Below, one piece after another: positions 62,055-64,000 of a stretch of DNA of 64,000 nt. The stretch lies in NCBI GenBank assembly GCA_027339965.1, contig DAHWNL010000016.1, forward strand, positions 58,148 through 122,147. The letters are read 5' to 3'. Source of the DNA: Granulicella sp. (GTDB lineage Bacteria > Acidobacteriota > Terriglobia > Terriglobales > Acidobacteriaceae). Every line of letters begins with the position of its first letter. Position 1 is the first letter of the stretch. Under the pieces are notes generated by a model. That model had not been told where the DNA came from and made no database searches. It saw nothing but the letters and a program-made list of their open reading frames with translations. A program made the position numbers and the translations under genes.

Positions 62055-62093
62055 CGTATTCCCCTCCTGAACCGGCCCTAAAAGCGTGGCTCC

Positions 62094-63107
62094 CTATTTG
62101 AGTGAGGTGAGGTAAGCCGTGACCGCATCCAGATCATGGCTATTCAGATGCATCGGCGGCATCAGCGCCCCGGGCTTGAAGTTGGCAGGATCCTGGATGA
62201 ATCTTCGCAAGTTCGCCGGATTGTTGGCCACCGATCCCGATGCGATCGTGTCCCGGCTACCCACGTGAGTCAGGTTGGGCCCGAATCTTCCCGTCGCCAC
62301 CGTCCCATTAATGGTGTGGCAACTGATGCAGGCAGTGTGCATGAAAACCTTCCGCCCTTCCGCCACAGCCGGATCATCCACCGCCGGCCGCTGCTGGCTT
62401 GCCACCCAGGCAGAAAACTGCTGAGGCGTATCGGCATAGACGCGGATCAGCATCTTGGCGTGTTGCACACCGCAGTACTGAGCGCATTGTCCCAGATATA
62501 ATCCCGGCTTCTGGGGGTCAATCCACATCGTATTGACTTTATTGGGGATAAGATCCATCTTTCCAGCCAGACGGGGTACCCAGAAGCTGTGATCCACATC
62601 CGCCGAGGACATCGTCAGGTAGGTTGGCAGGGGATGTTTCGGGTCGCTGATGGGAACGTGCAGCTCGTTGGCGGTCACAATCCCCAGGGTCGGATAGCGG
62701 TACTCCCACCAGAACTGATGAGCAACCACCGTAACACTCAGGGAATCTTTGGGCCGCGGTGCATGTTCGGTGGTATAGATCACTCGTGTGGTCGCCAGAA
62801 ACAGCATGACCACAATCAGGATCGGGATGACGGTCCACGAGAGCTCGATCTGATTGCTTCCGTAGATCTGAGGCGGCTCCTGATCGGCATCCGAAGCGTC
62901 CTTGCGCATGCGATAGCGCACCAGAACGTAGATCAGGGTGCCGGTAACACCCAAAAAGATAGCCCCTGTGATGCTCAGCACCAGGATGGACAGGCTGAAG
63001 ATCGAGTGCGCCGGCGTTCCGGCGGGAGCAAAGATATTGGTTGGATCAGCGCCGGGACCCGACAACATGATCGCTGCACTCCCGCGCCACCCTTGACTCA
63101 GAAACAT
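62094..63107 (-). CDS. ctaC: Cytochrome c oxidase subunit II with fused cytochrome c (caa3 type)
   Basis: IELSWT, QFWW, HSFW, CAQYCGVQHAKM CuA motif and C-terminal CISCH...MP. Start approximate. Confidence 0.93.
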   Translation of the reverse strand: MFLSQGWRGSAAIMLSGPGADPTNIFAPAGTPAHSIFSLSILVLSITGAIFLGVTGTLIYVLVRYRMRKDASDADQEPPQIYGSNQIELSWTVIPILIVVMLFLATTRVIYTTEHAPRPKDSLSVTVVAHQFWWEYRYPTLGIVTANELHVPISDPKHPLPTYLTMSSADVDHSFWVPRLAGKMDLIPNKVNTMWIDPQKPGLYLGQCAQYCGVQHAKMLIRVYADTPQQFSAWVASQQRPAVDDPAVAEGRKVFMHTACISCHTINGTVATGRFGPNLTHVGSRDTIASGSVANNPANLRRFIQDPANFKPGALMPPMHLNSHDLDAVTAYLTSLK

Positions 63108-63721
63108 TTGCCTCCGCTCGAAGCTGATGCTTGGCTGGAATCTCGAAGACTCTGCGGCACAGAGCCCGATAGAAACCGATCGGTACACAATCCGTGGCGA
63201 AGATCTGTGCGATGCGACACAATACTGCCTCTTTTGGTATACCTCAGCCGGGCGCAGAAGTAAAACATGAAGAAAGCCCGGATCTCTGCATAGGATTTCC
63301 TTTTTCCCTCGCTCATGCTCACGAAGCCATGGAATGTACCGAAAGGAACAGATGCCGCCAGGCAGCGAGCCAGCACGAACCAGCCACGAACAGTAACCCA
63401 AGACAGCAATCCAAGTCAGCAATCCTAAGGATGGAATCCAGGTCTTCCGTGACTTGCCGGCGAAGACGGAATGATGCCGCCCGCCGGCTCGCACCTTCGC
63501 ATGACGGTGATGAGGCGACCTTCCCCGCTTCTTCCACGAGCACAGCGGGACGCCGCCCGCCGTGACGGACAGAGGTCAGTTTGGGCAAGATGCGGCGGCA
63601 AGATGCGGCGAGGAGATACGGCGAAGTGAGCGCAAGAATCAAGGGCATTCTTGATGGATTGCTTACGCCTTCTTAATGGGGGGTGCCCGTAGGCTGGACG
63701 CAGAACGAAGGAGGTGAGTGC

Positions 63722-64000
63722 ATGAGGATTCGCGTTCTGTTGGGTGCAGCGTTGATCTGCCTGATGGGCATGACGTCGTGGGGGCAGCAGCTAACCACAG
63801 CTTCCGTTACGGAGAACCAGGGAACGGCTGCGCCCCAGACATCGCCATCCGCGCCGGCTGCGGCTCCTGCTTCCGCGGCTCCGGCTCCGGCTTCCGCTCC
63901 CGCTCCGGCAGCTCCCGCAGCGCCGGCGCCGCTGCCCACCCCTTCGCTGACCGGGCCGTTGCAGTGGCTGCCGCCGGCCGTCTTTGATGCCGGCCCGCTG
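63722..64000 (+). CDS. 5' part of an exported protein with Pro/Ala linker (runs off the window)
   Basis: AAGGAGGT SD, then MRIRVLLGAALICLMGMTSWGQ signal peptide and PAAAPA repeats; frame open to the window end. Not in the ORF track. Confidence 0.8.
   Translation, partial: MRIRVLLGAALICLMGMTSWGQQLTTASVTENQGTAAPQTSPSAPAAAPASAAPAPASAPAPAAPAAPAPLPTPSLTGPLQWLPPAVFDAGPL

Noticed and set aside
1..64000. tRNA, rRNA, CRISPR array, transposase, integrase, phage or defence genes
   Set aside because: None recognised by eye; small RNAs could have been missed without covariance-model searches.

Overview
High-GC bacterial chromosomal window. Gene content and style (fused LptF-LptG, dnaK-dnaJ-hspR, HpnI-like glycosyltransferase, a caa3 oxidase/Rieske-cytochrome b operon) suggest Acidobacteriota (Terriglobia-like); this is an inference. 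About 50 genes, left to right: copper export (end of a CopZ-like chaperone, CopA), LptFG, FKBP PPIase, ABC exporter, HpnI-like GT, the heat-shock cluster, transporters, an orphan LarA-family epimerase and HAD/NUDIX/ispG. An accessory-looking block follows at about 24-43 kb: Tat sulfatase plus FGE, a decayed glycoside-hydrolase remnant, a TPR protein, and a candidate lipid/glycolipid synthesis-and-export cluster (acyl reductase, acyl-CoA ligase, hydrolase, LolA-like carrier, Lol/MacB-type ABC, GT1, GH3). Then come a cold-shock gene, cmk, a winged-helix protein with a long disordered basic tail, mutL, pyk, YihY, a thioredoxin, acs, and an eight-gene complex III-IV operon with unusual active-site substitutions. 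Two copies of a ~115-bp TA-flanked palindromic MITE-like element each begin at a transporter stop codon. No rRNA, tRNA, CRISPR array or transposase was recognised. All calls rest on motif recognition by eye; no database searches were run.
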